Virus record (IMG/VR): IMGVR_UViG_3300003773_000042
DNA length: 64,000 bases
Source: a virus
Direction: 5' to 3' (one strand)
Translations under genes and position numbers: made by a program
Shown: piece after piece, positions 27,460 through 37,196 of the stretch
Layout of the letters: every line of letters starts with the position of its first letter
How positions within the stretch are numbered: position 1 is the first letter of the stretch
The notes under the pieces: generated by a model
The model's database searches: none
What the model was told of the DNA's origin: nothing
What the model saw: only the letters and a program-made list of their open reading frames with translations

Positions 27460-28737
27460 TTACGCGGCCTGGCGAAGGATGTCGAAGCGTGAAGGTTGCA
27501 CCACCGGTGTGAAGTCGACCAGGTTGTTACGATAGCCTGGCGCCTCGGTAAAGCGAGTCCCTGCGCCGAGCACGTATTCAACCATGCATTCGGTGGCGAG
27601 CCAGCGGCGGCCCAGGCGCTCGGAGGCGTCGGCCGTGGTGAAGGAACCGCCGAACGGGTCCACTACCAGCTCACCAGGCTCCGTGAGGAATTCGATGAGG
27701 AAGCTGGCCAGCTTCAACGGCATTGGGGCGCCATGAACCGGCAGGCCCATTTCGCGGGCCGCCTTCTTGTAGGCCGTCTGCTGCTTGCAGCGGTGGCCGA
27801 ACGACAGGATGTTGCGCGGAATGCGGCCTGCGGTCTCGTTGCTGTAGCTACCCAGCTTGACGCCGTAGGCGCCATCTGAGAACGAGGCGTCGCGATGCTC
27901 GCCGCCATTCTTGATGAAGTCTAGGTGGCGTTGGGTGTGCTCCTGCAGCACGCGGCGGTTGTTTGAGCGCACACAGGTCGGGTCATTGGTGAACCAGTAC
28001 ACTGGCTCATAAACCACATTGAGCTGCGTACGCTCAATGCTGGCGTAGCGAACCGGGCCTGGTGGTTTGCTCTTGTTCTCCCAAATCAGGGTGTCCATCT
28101 TGAACAAGCCCAGCTTGTCATGGAGTGCAACAACCAGGCGTTCACAATAAATGGACCGCGCAGGACTCCCCGGCAGGAAGATGTCGTTGGATAAATTCAA
28201 GCAAATTGAGCCACCACGGACCAGGTTCTTTACGATTGGTTCCAGCATGCGAATTATCCAGTCCACATACTGGGCTTCGGTCGGATTGCCGTACGCACGC
28301 GGTTTAGCCAAAGGGTAGGGTGGCGACGTCAACATGAGCGTGATAGGCGAGTCGATTGCCGAGAATACCGAGTCGCACGAGCCGAGAATCGCAATGCCCA
28401 GGTCGGTCGAGAAGCCCACCACAGATACAGTCGGCGAAATCTGGTTCAGGTCCTTGCTGGCCGGCTTGGTCAGCTGCCACACACCGCGCTCACCTGGCAC
28501 GTGCTCCAGGATGCCCGCGCCGCGCAGCGATTGTTGGTGCCACCTCACCTTCCGTTCAAACAAATTGTGCAGCTGCTGGCTCTTGCCAACTGGCGTCTTC
28601 TTCGCCACCTGGTCTGGGTCCAGGCCCATGTTGGCTGCCACCTTGCCATACAGGGTAGTGTTGTCAAGAACTCCGGCGGTCTCTGCCGAATAGGCGTGCA
28701 GGACGGTCGAGAACAGGTCGAGTTGCGGATTGGTCAT
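27460..28737 (-). CDS. Site-specific DNA methyltransferase (N4-C/N6-A, beta class) with N-terminal wHTH
   Basis: Catalytic TSPPY precedes SAM-binding VVDPFGGSFTT; start set at MTNPQLDLF. Confidence 0.9.
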   Translation of the reverse strand: MTNPQLDLFSTVLHAYSAETAGVLDNTTLYGKVAANMGLDPDQVAKKTPVGKSQQLHNLFERKVRWHQQSLRGAGILEHVPGERGVWQLTKPASKDLNQISPTVSVVGFSTDLGIAILGSCDSVFSAIDSPITLMLTSPPYPLAKPRAYGNPTEAQYVDWIIRMLEPIVKNLVRGGSICLNLSNDIFLPGSPARSIYCERLVVALHDKLGLFKMDTLIWENKSKPPGPVRYASIERTQLNVVYEPVYWFTNDPTCVRSNNRRVLQEHTQRHLDFIKNGGEHRDASFSDGAYGVKLGSYSNETAGRIPRNILSFGHRCKQQTAYKKAAREMGLPVHGAPMPLKLASFLIEFLTEPGELVVDPFGGSFTTADASERLGRRWLATECMVEYVLGAGTRFTEAPGYRNNLVDFTPVVQPSRFDILRQAA

Positions 28738-28760
28738 GGTGGCAAGTCCGGATAGGGCCG

Positions 28761-28973
28761 TTACGCCTGTGCGGCGACGGTAGCGACAATGCGCAGGAAC
28801 GCTTGCGACACGTTGTTGTACTGGCCGCTGGACGCCATCATCTGGCGAATCGTGCCCACGCGGCCGTGCAGGTTGTCGGCGAAGGTGTAGTGGCAGTGTG
28901 GACAGCCCTTGTTGCGCTTCGGGATGGCGACGGCACATGCCGGGCATACTGCGGTGTCCATGGTGATTTTCAT
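28761..28973 (-). CDS. Small zinc-ribbon protein
   Basis: CPAC...CPHC; directly upstream of the MTase. Confidence 0.55.
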   Translation of the reverse strand: MKITMDTAVCPACAVAIPKRNKGCPHCHYTFADNLHGRVGTIRQMMASSGQYNNVSQAFLRIVATVAAQA

Positions 28974-29147
28974 TGGTGTCCTTGCTGATGCACTGGTACA
29001 AAACTCAAGTACAAACTGAACTTGCAGTATACCATAATAAGCCTTATATTGCTCGACATTTTCATATTGAATACCTTCTCGCTCACACTGCACTTGGTGC
29101 TTTGGGCCTATACGGTGTAGGTCATTAACTAATTGAAAGGCACTATC

Positions 29148-29660
29148 ATGAAAGACTCCGTTCGAGTACTGTTTGACATCGAGTTTGAGCGCATTAAACA
29201 GCTTCTGCTGGTAGTTGGACTGCAACACGACCCTGAGCGATTCGGTCCGTTTGGGTTTTCAGGCAGCGTGCATGGGGTACCTCAGGTGGTCGTGTGGTGT
29301 TACCCGCCGGTTTCCGATGAGTTTCCTGAGGCGCCAGCTTTGTGGGGCCGGAATCCGCGTGCACAAAGCATTCAAACCAGGTACATCCACAAGCGAGGCT
29401 GGAATCCGCATGACACCAGTACGGATATCGAAGTCCATGCTGTAGCAGCCATTGGTTCCAATCAAAGGGCACGTGACATTTACTACTTCACGCCGGGCGA
29501 CCAGCGAGGTTTTGAGCTGGTGAGAGATAGCATTATTTGCTTTCTTGGGTCATACGCAGCGGGTTGGCCATCCCGGGAGACGGGTTTGTCGCTAGGTGAA
29601 ATTCCTAGCTTAGTCCAACCATTGATGACTCGAAGCGCTGTCGAGCCTTTGACCAACTAA
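29148..29660 (+). CDS. Hypothetical protein
   Basis: CTATACGGTGTAGGTC at 29108, AAAGG RBS. Confidence 0.7.
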   Translation: MKDSVRVLFDIEFERIKQLLLVVGLQHDPERFGPFGFSGSVHGVPQVVVWCYPPVSDEFPEAPALWGRNPRAQSIQTRYIHKRGWNPHDTSTDIEVHAVAAIGSNQRARDIYYFTPGDQRGFELVRDSIICFLGSYAAGWPSRETGLSLGEIPSLVQPLMTRSAVEPLTN

Positions 29661-29672
29661 GGGGGCGCTGCC

Positions 29673-30221
29673 ATGTCACATGAACTGGGCTACAAGGCAA
29701 GTCTGCAGGAGCCTGAACGGCTAATCCAGGACCGACTGCTGTATCACGGCCGACTGGGCGGCGCACTCGCGTCGTTTGATGACACTCCGATGTTTTTTTA
29801 TGCTGAAGGGGCGTTGTCTAGCGTGTTCGCCGAGCACCGCTTCATCAACGATGACGAAGCACAAGACGTCTGTGGATTGTCCAACGACGATTACGTGGAA
29901 GCCTACCTTTCACGCACGCCAGTCGTAATGCCGCTACGTGTCAATATCAGCCGGCCGGTTGTTTTCGATACGGTGACGTTGATGGCGATTGCGGCGACCT
30001 TGGGGTTGCAGGATGAGCCTCAAGTGAAATTCGTCGAAGACTTTGAAGACTCCGTCGAAGGTGTTCGCAACCAAGTATTTGAGTGGGCGCGCGCGAACGG
30101 ATATAACGGCGCCATCATCGTGAACGACCTGACTCCAGAGTTTCCAGGTGGAGACTGGTTCTACCGTACTTCGTATGTAGCCTTCGAGCCAAGTACGCAA
30201 GTTCAGTTTGCTTTTTACTAG
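29673..30221 (+). CDS. ADP-ribosyltransferase-like protein (ART-PolyVal-like)
   Basis: LLYHG...FFY...SSVFA...VMPLRVNISRP...GYNGAII...YVAFEPSTQV pattern. Confidence 0.5.
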   Translation: MSHELGYKASLQEPERLIQDRLLYHGRLGGALASFDDTPMFFYAEGALSSVFAEHRFINDDEAQDVCGLSNDDYVEAYLSRTPVVMPLRVNISRPVVFDTVTLMAIAATLGLQDEPQVKFVEDFEDSVEGVRNQVFEWARANGYNGAIIVNDLTPEFPGGDWFYRTSYVAFEPSTQVQFAFY

Positions 30222-30235
30222 CGCAACATCACCTC

Positions 30236-30259
30236 ACGCCACCTTCGGGTGGCGTTTTT
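30236..30259 (+). terminator. Intrinsic terminator
   Basis: ACGCCACC-TTCG-GGTGGCGT-TTTT. Confidence 0.8.
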
Positions 30260-30338
30260 CAGGGCCATGGGCGCCAATACGCCGCTATACGGTCTTGAAA
30301 GGATTCCATCTCGGAATTCAGATAACTGAGGAAAAATC

Positions 30339-30788
30339 ATGGATATACGTTCTGGCTGTGGCTACCCCGCGTCGGCATTGTCTAATTTCTCACCTCACCC
30401 ATTCGTTCTGGACGGCGTTGCGTGCGCGTCGATGGAGGGCCTGCTGCAGGCGCTCAAGTTCGACAAAGCACACATCCAGGTGGAAGTCTGCAAGCTGGTA
30501 GGTAAGGCGGCGAAGTTCCGCGGCGCCGACCGCAGCAAGGCCTGGCAACGCGTGCAGACACTGTGGTGGCAGGGTGAGGCTATGCCGCGCGGGAGCGATG
30601 CGTACCAGGCATTCTTGGACCGCGCTTACCAGGCGATGTTTGACCAGAGCGAGTCTTTCCGTAAAGCGCTCAAAGCCACCGGTTCCGCCGTCATCACCCA
30701 CTCCATCGGGAAAAGCAAACAGGCAGACACTGTTCTCACCGAGCGTGAACTGTGTTCCCGCCTGATGAAACTTCGCAACCAGGTGTAA
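30339..30788 (+). CDS. NADAR-family protein, phage T4 gp30.3-like
   Basis: IRSG..YPASALSNF..HPFVLDG...SMEGLLQALK...TLWWQG...AY.AMF.QS..FRKAL......HSIG...TVLTERE. Confidence 0.8.
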   Translation: MDIRSGCGYPASALSNFSPHPFVLDGVACASMEGLLQALKFDKAHIQVEVCKLVGKAAKFRGADRSKAWQRVQTLWWQGEAMPRGSDAYQAFLDRAYQAMFDQSESFRKALKATGSAVITHSIGKSKQADTVLTERELCSRLMKLRNQV

Positions 30789-30856
30789 GTCTCAGGAGCC
30801 TCCGCGTGGGGCTCCTTCTTTTGCATTAAAAGGCAGCGGGCGTGAGCAATGCCAAC

Positions 30857-32203
30857 CTACACGGCAGGCATGCGTTCCAAAGCCTGTGCTGCCGCCAGCA
30901 AGCCGCCAAGAATCTGGTCAGCGACCTTTGCCGAGAACCCCGCCGGCAGGTCAGCGCGAACCTTCTCGACGACAGCGGGCGTGCGCGCGATGATGTCTTG
31001 AATGAGCGGCTCAGCGGTGTCACCGTAGCCGACCTTCTTCGCCGTGCTGTTGAAGTGGCGCCGCAGGATGTTGTGTGCCTGGTAGTGTCTGTTTTTGCCA
31101 AGAAGCGCCATGGCCATCTTGATGTCCTGCTCCGCCCACAGATTGGGCCCATTGCCCATGACAGGGTAGGCCGACATCACATCGTAGATGGGCGTCAGCT
31201 TAAATCGGCCCAGGCCGGCTTGCAGCTGGATGCTGAAGTTCTTTGCATGGCCGTCCGGCGCGCGCAGCATCCAGAACAGCAGCTGTGTCGCCATGAGCGT
31301 GCGCATGTCCGCCGCGGCCTGTTGGGACTGCTGTAGCAGGGTGAATATCTGCTGCAGGCCCGGGCCGCCTTCGTTCTCGTATTTCACCAGCGGGGAGGTG
31401 CCCGTCGCTTGGCAGAAATCCTCCTGGACCAGCCGAAAGAGCTTCTTCCCGTCAGCGGACAGCGCGCGGTCGAAGCGCTCGACGATGAGCACTCGCTGCG
31501 CACCGAACGTTGCAATCTGGGCGTTCGCCGTCGGTAGGCCGTATTCTTTGAAGATGCGCAGGCACAGCCACTCATTGTCGACCGAGGTGGAGAAGTCAGC
31601 CTTGCGGCCGCCCACCAGGCCGATGGGCAGTTTGAAGATGTGCGTGGTCGGCGTGGCGCCGCGAGGCTTCATCCACTTGCCATCCCACCATAGGAATGCA
31701 TCTTTTTCCTGCGCGCCGGCCAGCGAGATGCGGAAGTCATCATCGGGGGCCGGCATGGCGCCGTAGTGCCCGGCGTCGACGACGTCCAGCAGGTGGCGCT
31801 CGATTGCTTCCGCATCCACTGCAATGCCCTCGACCTGGCCGGCGCCTTCCGGCTGCGCGCCTTCGGGCAGCAGCTGTAGCGCACCGACGCAGTCACGGCC
31901 TACGGCCGCGAGCAAGTCGAATGCCTCGATGGAGCCTGTCTTGAAGCGAGCCGCCATGCGCCGGCGGATGGTGTCGCTGTCCGGAAGCAGTCCTTCGAAG
32001 TAATGAGCGACGCGCGGCCCCTTCAGCGGTTTGTGGTGCAAGTCGAACGGCAGGGACAGCGAGATGGGGCGCCCGCGCGCGGATGCGCACCAGGCCGGGT
32101 CATATTGCAGCTCCGACTCCCCATTCCCCTTGACCGTCCAGTGGCCGACGTAATCCCCGTTGGCCCATAGGTGCAGTGTTTGGCTGTGCGAGCGGCGGCC
32201 CAT
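30857..32203 (-). CDS. hipA: HipA-family Ser/Thr kinase toxin
   Basis: ISLAGAQEK, THIFKLP, ERFDR, DGHAKNFS, LTPIYDVMS. Confidence 0.95.
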   Translation of the reverse strand: MGRRSHSQTLHLWANGDYVGHWTVKGNGESELQYDPAWCASARGRPISLSLPFDLHHKPLKGPRVAHYFEGLLPDSDTIRRRMAARFKTGSIEAFDLLAAVGRDCVGALQLLPEGAQPEGAGQVEGIAVDAEAIERHLLDVVDAGHYGAMPAPDDDFRISLAGAQEKDAFLWWDGKWMKPRGATPTTHIFKLPIGLVGGRKADFSTSVDNEWLCLRIFKEYGLPTANAQIATFGAQRVLIVERFDRALSADGKKLFRLVQEDFCQATGTSPLVKYENEGGPGLQQIFTLLQQSQQAAADMRTLMATQLLFWMLRAPDGHAKNFSIQLQAGLGRFKLTPIYDVMSAYPVMGNGPNLWAEQDIKMAMALLGKNRHYQAHNILRRHFNSTAKKVGYGDTAEPLIQDIIARTPAVVEKVRADLPAGFSAKVADQILGGLLAAAQALERMPAV

Positions 32204-32205
32204 GA

Positions 32206-32466
32206 TTACCACTCCCCCGAGCTTGCGGCCGACGTATCCCGCACGCCGACCTTTACTTCGAGCTCGAGTGCAGCAAGCCAGCTAAACAGCTGCTTGACGC
32301 TGATTTCTTCTGGGTGAGACTCCAGATGCGAGATGCGGTTCTGGCTCAATCCGACGCGGCTTGCTATTGCAGCCTGGGTGAGCTTGTGCCTTTTCCGGGC
32401 GGAGACTAGCAGCTGTCCGAGCTGCGGCGCGGTGACGATGAGATGGGAAGTCGGAGCGAAGGACAT
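32206..32466 (-). CDS. hipB: HipB-like XRE HTH antitoxin
   Basis: QLGQLLVSARKRHKLTQAAIASRVGLSQNRISHLE; abuts hipA. Confidence 0.9.
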   Translation of the reverse strand: MSFAPTSHLIVTAPQLGQLLVSARKRHKLTQAAIASRVGLSQNRISHLESHPEEISVKQLFSWLAALELEVKVGVRDTSAASSGEW

Positions 32467-32472
32467 GGCAAA

Positions 32473-32542
32473 TATCCGTAAGTCAGATAAAGCCATTTTA
32501 CCCTAAATACAGATAAAGTCAATTTATCCGAATTGCAGATAA
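32473..32542. promoter_or_regulatory. Three HipB-like operators
   Basis: TA(T/C)CC-N7-AGATAA at 32473, 32499, 32525, exact 26-bp period. Confidence 0.65.
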
Positions 32543-32598
32543 CAATTCATAGGTACGGACGCCATCACCTGCGGCATGCTTCAGCGCGCCGTGCGGAG

Positions 32599-33078
32599 TC
32601 AATGCATGTATGTGCTGGGCGCCGGTGGTGTGCCGACAACGGGCTGGGATGCATTGAATCGCTGGTCAAATCCATCCTGCCAGGGGAACAGCCCGGCGGC
32701 ATCCGGCCAGACGGCCTGGAAGAACTTGGCTTTGCCACCACTCCTGTCATAGGCCGCGCGGGCGTAGTCATCTGCGGCCTCGGCGGCGAGGTCGACCAGG
32801 GCTGTCGGCAGCGGGAACCCTTCGAGATTGACGATGCCTGGGCTTACCGTGCGGCCGGCAGCGCGTTCAGTTTTCATGTGATGCGCAATAGAGTACAAGA
32901 CCTCAGCGGCAATTTCAGGCGGTAGCCCGAAAACGAGGACTTCTGGCAGGCCCTGTGCGTGGAGGCCGATGCTGTAGGCAAACGGAGGAGTATTTTCGTC
33001 GCCGAACACTGGCTGAACCGCCATGCCGAGCCTGGAGATAACCTCTTCGAGGTGCAACCGCATTTTTTCGTAAGACAT
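32599..33078 (-). CDS. DUF4262-like protein
   Basis: PPFAYSIGL...LPEVLVFGLP...QAVWPDAAGLFPWQ. Confidence 0.7.
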   Translation of the reverse strand: MSYEKMRLHLEEVISRLGMAVQPVFGDENTPPFAYSIGLHAQGLPEVLVFGLPPEIAAEVLYSIAHHMKTERAAGRTVSPGIVNLEGFPLPTALVDLAAEAADDYARAAYDRSGGKAKFFQAVWPDAAGLFPWQDGFDQRFNASQPVVGTPPAPSTYMH

Positions 33079-33193
33079 TTATGCTTTCTTTCCTCGGTTT
33101 ATTCGGTCAAAGGAGGCCGAGGGTTAGTGGATGCCAAATAAATGCGGCAATTTTACCGTGATTCCAGTCTAAGGACAGTGGTTACCAACCACG

Positions 33194-33685
33194 TTAATAG
33201 TCTGGATGCGGCTCCTTCGGCAGCGCGAGAACGTCATCCAGGTTTCGGATGAGGACGGTCATCGACCGCAGCACGAAGGCGCCACTGTTCGTACCACTGG
33301 TTGCCATGTTCCAGACGACCGAAGACGGGAAAGTGTCCTTAATGAGCTTTTGCAGAGCCTGATTGCCCGTATCACAGTCGAGCACACCCACGTCGCGACC
33401 AGGCTCCGCAAGCATGACGAAGCCGCGCTCTTCGAACTCCTTGACCACCATCGCACGGCGCGTAGCTTCCGACAACGATTTGTCCAGGTTGTACATCCTC
33501 TCTTGGATGGACGAATATGGCGAGCAGCTGAATTCGACCTTCATGAGTCCGTTTTCAGTAAAGCTCACTTCGGACACGTGGCCCAGTCCGTCGCGCCGCC
33601 ACCAGGCACATACTCGGTTGTACATGTCCTGCATTAGGGCACGCAGTTGTACGGTCGCTGCGCTTGGCGTGGTTTCGGTAGTCAT
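33194..33685 (-). CDS. Hypothetical protein, paralog of the C-terminal half of 33712-34473
   Basis: Shared AWWRRDGLGHVSE(V/I)SF...MKV..SC. Confidence 0.75.
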   Translation of the reverse strand: MTTETTPSAATVQLRALMQDMYNRVCAWWRRDGLGHVSEVSFTENGLMKVEFSCSPYSSIQERMYNLDKSLSEATRRAMVVKEFEERGFVMLAEPGRDVGVLDCDTGNQALQKLIKDTFPSSVVWNMATSGTNSGAFVLRSMTVLIRNLDDVLALPKEPHPDY

Positions 33686-33711
33686 GTTGGATTGTCCTGG
33701 TTCGGTGTGCA

Positions 33712-34473
33712 TTATTCTTCTACGCTCACTTGCAGCGCTTCCACTTCTTCGAGTTTGTCGAGGGTAAAGGTGGCGTCCGTCATCAAATTCACGCCGTCGC
33801 GGCCAGACCTGGCGGCGATTTCGCGGAACTTGGCGGAGGGCAGGGCGCTTGTGACGAATTGCACCAGGGCGGCCCGGCCGGCATCATTTGCAACGAGCTG
33901 GTCACTGCTGTGACCTTTGCCCACCACAAAACCCCGCGCGACGAGCGAGTCCAGCCATGCTTGATGGTTGGCTCGGTCGGTCACCGGCGTGCCGGAGTTA
34001 AAGGACGAGCGGTTTCCATGCAGGTAGCACGACAGCGTCACCTTCATGTTTCCCCAGTCGTCGAAAGAGATTTCGCTGACATGGCCCAAGCCGTCGCGGC
34101 GCCACCAGGCGCGCACTTTGCGGCTCAGCTGCGCGATAGACTGCCGCGTATGAGCCGCCGTGACGGCGCCGCCCAGCTGCTGCTCCAGCGCGCGGATACG
34201 CTCGTTTGCCTCGCGAACCATCTTGTAGCGGGATTCCATGTCCTCTTTGGAGTTGGTTTCCACGCCGGTCAGCTTGCCTAGTTCAGCCAGGCGCGATTCC
34301 GACAGCGACAGCACGTTGTAGATGAGGTTGCGCTCGACGGGCAGGCCGGCGACGGCCCCTTGGGCGATGTGCTTCAGTCCAAAAACAATATCAGAAACTT
34401 CGCGTTGAAATACCGCGCGCTGGTCTTCATTGAGGATAGCAGGCTCGGCCGATTCGTAAGGGCGCTCAAACAT
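33712..34473 (-). CDS. Hypothetical protein with a coiled coil
   Basis: 253-aa ORF, paralog of the downstream gene. Confidence 0.8.
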   Translation of the reverse strand: MFERPYESAEPAILNEDQRAVFQREVSDIVFGLKHIAQGAVAGLPVERNLIYNVLSLSESRLAELGKLTGVETNSKEDMESRYKMVREANERIRALEQQLGGAVTAAHTRQSIAQLSRKVRAWWRRDGLGHVSEISFDDWGNMKVTLSCYLHGNRSSFNSGTPVTDRANHQAWLDSLVARGFVVGKGHSSDQLVANDAGRAALVQFVTSALPSAKFREIAARSGRDGVNLMTDATFTLDKLEEVEALQVSVEE

Positions 34474-34588
34474 GGCAGCTTTCGAGGATTTAGTATGGTG
34501 TACAGTGTACCTTAAAATGGCAAATATGGCTAGTGAAAAGCGGCGTTTCTATGTATAATGTAAATCATCGAAATCGTCGAGCCTAACC

Positions 34589-35572
34589 ATGAACCACTAT
34601 TTTGCAAGTCAAGCAGCTACGCTGGACACCGCGGCGCGCGCTGCATTCGAAGAGCACTACCAACGTACCCGTCGCCTGAGTGGCGTTCCTGAGCGAGATG
34701 GGGCCGGCTACCGGGATGACGCAGTGCAAGCTGCGTGGAACGATTGGCAAGGCGGGGTGAGCCTCGTTTCGGGCATGTCAAGCCAAGTGCTTGCTGATGC
34801 TAACCGTTATCAGGCAATCAAAAAGTACGCGCTCAGCCGAATCATGGCGGGTTATGATGGCCCGGTATTGCAATGGACGTTGAGAATTCCGGCTTCGGAC
34901 CTGGACCAAGGCAGTCTTGACTCCGCTGTTTCCGAAATGTCGAAAGTCAATGGCGACCAGCCACACTACAGCTCGACCGGCGTCTATCACACCATGGTGA
35001 TGGGCGTTACTCGCAAAGGCAAGGATGTATTCTCCTTCGGCCGCGAAAGCTATATGGCGCAACTCCGAAAGGAGCAAGCGGGCCTGTGTGATAAGTCCCT
35101 GGCCGACGGCGCCCAGCAGTCGAACGCGGAGCCTGCTGAACACAAAGCGCAAGGTGCTTCAGTATTCATCGCCGATTGCCACAACATGTTGGCCCTGGGG
35201 CCATGGGGCGCGTTCGCCAAGTTGCCAGGCGGCCTCGCGTACCAGGAAGCCATTCTGAGGAATCCCGCGGTCAACGTCTTTTTCACCCTGAAGGCACCAG
35301 CCTGTCAGGGGAACGCAGATGCACCGGCTTCGGTGCCGGTCCCTGGTGGCAGGTTCGAAGAGGTAGGAAAGGTCTGGCTCGAACGGGTCAACCAGGATTT
35401 CAATGCCATCTTGGATGAGGACCGAGTTCGCGATGGCGAGAAGCTGTTCCGCTTCGTGCCGGCCAGCTGTGCTGAGTGTAAGAGCACTGGTTTCAAGCAG
35501 TCCTCAACCGGCGTAGGCTGTACCTTCTGCGACGGTACCGAGGGCGGCGCCGGCCCCGATACGCCCCAATAA
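34589..35572 (+). CDS. Hypothetical modular (phage-like) protein with a C-terminal Zn finger
   Basis: CAECKSTG...CTFCDG at the C-terminus; TATAAT at about 34555. Confidence 0.7.
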   Translation: MNHYFASQAATLDTAARAAFEEHYQRTRRLSGVPERDGAGYRDDAVQAAWNDWQGGVSLVSGMSSQVLADANRYQAIKKYALSRIMAGYDGPVLQWTLRIPASDLDQGSLDSAVSEMSKVNGDQPHYSSTGVYHTMVMGVTRKGKDVFSFGRESYMAQLRKEQAGLCDKSLADGAQQSNAEPAEHKAQGASVFIADCHNMLALGPWGAFAKLPGGLAYQEAILRNPAVNVFFTLKAPACQGNADAPASVPVPGGRFEEVGKVWLERVNQDFNAILDEDRVRDGEKLFRFVPASCAECKSTGFKQSSTGVGCTFCDGTEGGAGPDTPQ

Positions 35573-35594
35573 GCAGCTGCGCGCGACCATCCTG

Positions 35595-35623
35595 AAAGCG
35601 CCACCCTTCGCGGTGGCGTTTTT
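35595..35623 (+). terminator. Intrinsic terminator
   Basis: GCGCCACC-CTTCGC-GGTGGCGT-TTTT. Confidence 0.7.
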
Positions 35624-35669
35624 CATTTCAGGCCTATACGGGTACAGGACAACTATTTACGGGAAAATC

Positions 35670-36134
35670 ATGTACCACACCGAACCATTTGTACCGCGCT
35701 TCGAGAAGTACTACACCGGCGCCTGGCCTCATGAGCAGTGGGAAGGGGTGGGCCTGATATTCTCGGGCGCGCCAACCGACCTGCATGCATTCATCGACAT
35801 CATGCAGGGGCATGGCTGCCCGCCCACCGCAACCAGGAGAATCATGGAGGACCTGATTGCCGGCCGCACGCGATATACCACCGTGCGTTCGCATTTCGAC
35901 TTCAATGACCTCGGGGACCGGTTTGCTGAGGTAGGCGTGACGATGCAAATCACGGCACCCATCCCTGAGCCGGCGAACACGCACTACGATAGTGTTGCGT
36001 TTCGCATGTTGCAGGGTGATAACGGCGGGCTGGAAGGGCTGTCAGAGGCTGAAGTGGCGCATGTTCGGTCGCTACACGCTGTCGCCGCGGCGAGCATCGA
36101 GCGCCTTCCGCATCATTTCGGCTCTTTCGCGTAA
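35670..36134 (+). CDS. Hypothetical protein
   Basis: CTATACGGGTACAGGAC at 35634 upstream of ATG35670. Confidence 0.7.
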   Translation: MYHTEPFVPRFEKYYTGAWPHEQWEGVGLIFSGAPTDLHAFIDIMQGHGCPPTATRRIMEDLIAGRTRYTTVRSHFDFNDLGDRFAEVGVTMQITAPIPEPANTHYDSVAFRMLQGDNGGLEGLSEAEVAHVRSLHAVAAASIERLPHHFGSFA

Positions 36135-36209
36135 CCAGGTCAAAACCACCTCATAGCGCCACCACGTGGCGCTTTATTTGCGGCATGTAACTAGCCACAA
36201 CGGCTAGGC

Positions 36210-37196
36210 TTACCGGCTAGTTTTATGCGTTCCGCGTCGGCTGGTGGGCCGGCTGAGAATCTTGACACAGTCTTTCGCATTGGACTGGAAGGCTCCCGGT
36301 TGCTTGAGGAATACTTCATAGAAGTCGTCCCTGGGGAATACCTGGAAAAACTCAGCAATGTTCGCCATCATCTCTTTGCTTAGCGCCAGCTCAATTTGCA
36401 AGAGCGTCTCCTCGGAGGGTGAGTCAGTCGCGCACAACTGCAAGAACGCCTCGGACCCTCGCGCCAACAGGTCCGCGTAGCGCTCACCGACCAGATATGC
36501 GATGCCCATGGCAAACCCCCAGCTTATGGTATCGGCATAGTAGAAACACAGCACACCCCAATACTGCCCGAAGCGCAGGAGTGAACTCTCCTTGTTCGGG
36601 TTCAGCTCATAGGCCGCCAGGCTCTCCCCTACCTCGACCTGGTGAGGGATGTTGCGCTTCCACCAGCGGCCGAGAACCGCTGGCAGTTCTTGCAGCCACT
36701 CGGCGGAGACTGAGCCGAGCACGTTCTGGTAAGACGGCGCCGGCGGCAAACTGGCCTCTGTGGGAGCAAGCTCTTGGATGATGGTCTGGGCATGCAGCAC
36801 GGCCCAGCGGCAGGAGGCCATCTCTAGTCGGTCCTGGTTGTGCGGGCTCATGGCCCCCATGAGGGACGCTAGACCTTCCAATGTGCGGACATCAGGCTTG
36901 TCCGGCGGCGGGTAGTTGCCGAATGCGTCAACGTTGTTCATCTCCTGGCATACCAGGCTTACTTGGGCGCGATACCGGGCTGCCACCGTGTCGTCGTCGG
37001 TATCTTCGTCGAAGGGGGCGGAGGGGAGCTTAGTCTTGATGGCCTTCTCGAGAGCATGCCAGTCATGGTGAAAAAGCAGATGGGCAGTTAGAGCTTGACA
37101 CTCGGCTAGTGTACGCCGGGGGTAGGCAACATGCAGTGCTTTGGCGAGGCGTTTTGCGCGGTCAATGGAGACAGGTACAACGGGAGCTAAATTCAT
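36210..37196 (-). CDS. Hypothetical protein with an N-terminal small helical domain (Glyoxalase_8-like)
   Basis: RAKRLAKAL...LAECQALTAHLLFHHDWHAL; similar N-terminus in the 44079 ORF. Confidence 0.65.
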   Translation of the reverse strand: MNLAPVVPVSIDRAKRLAKALHVAYPRRTLAECQALTAHLLFHHDWHALEKAIKTKLPSAPFDEDTDDDTVAARYRAQVSLVCQEMNNVDAFGNYPPPDKPDVRTLEGLASLMGAMSPHNQDRLEMASCRWAVLHAQTIIQELAPTEASLPPAPSYQNVLGSVSAEWLQELPAVLGRWWKRNIPHQVEVGESLAAYELNPNKESSLLRFGQYWGVLCFYYADTISWGFAMGIAYLVGERYADLLARGSEAFLQLCATDSPSEETLLQIELALSKEMMANIAEFFQVFPRDDFYEVFLKQPGAFQSNAKDCVKILSRPTSRRGTHKTSR

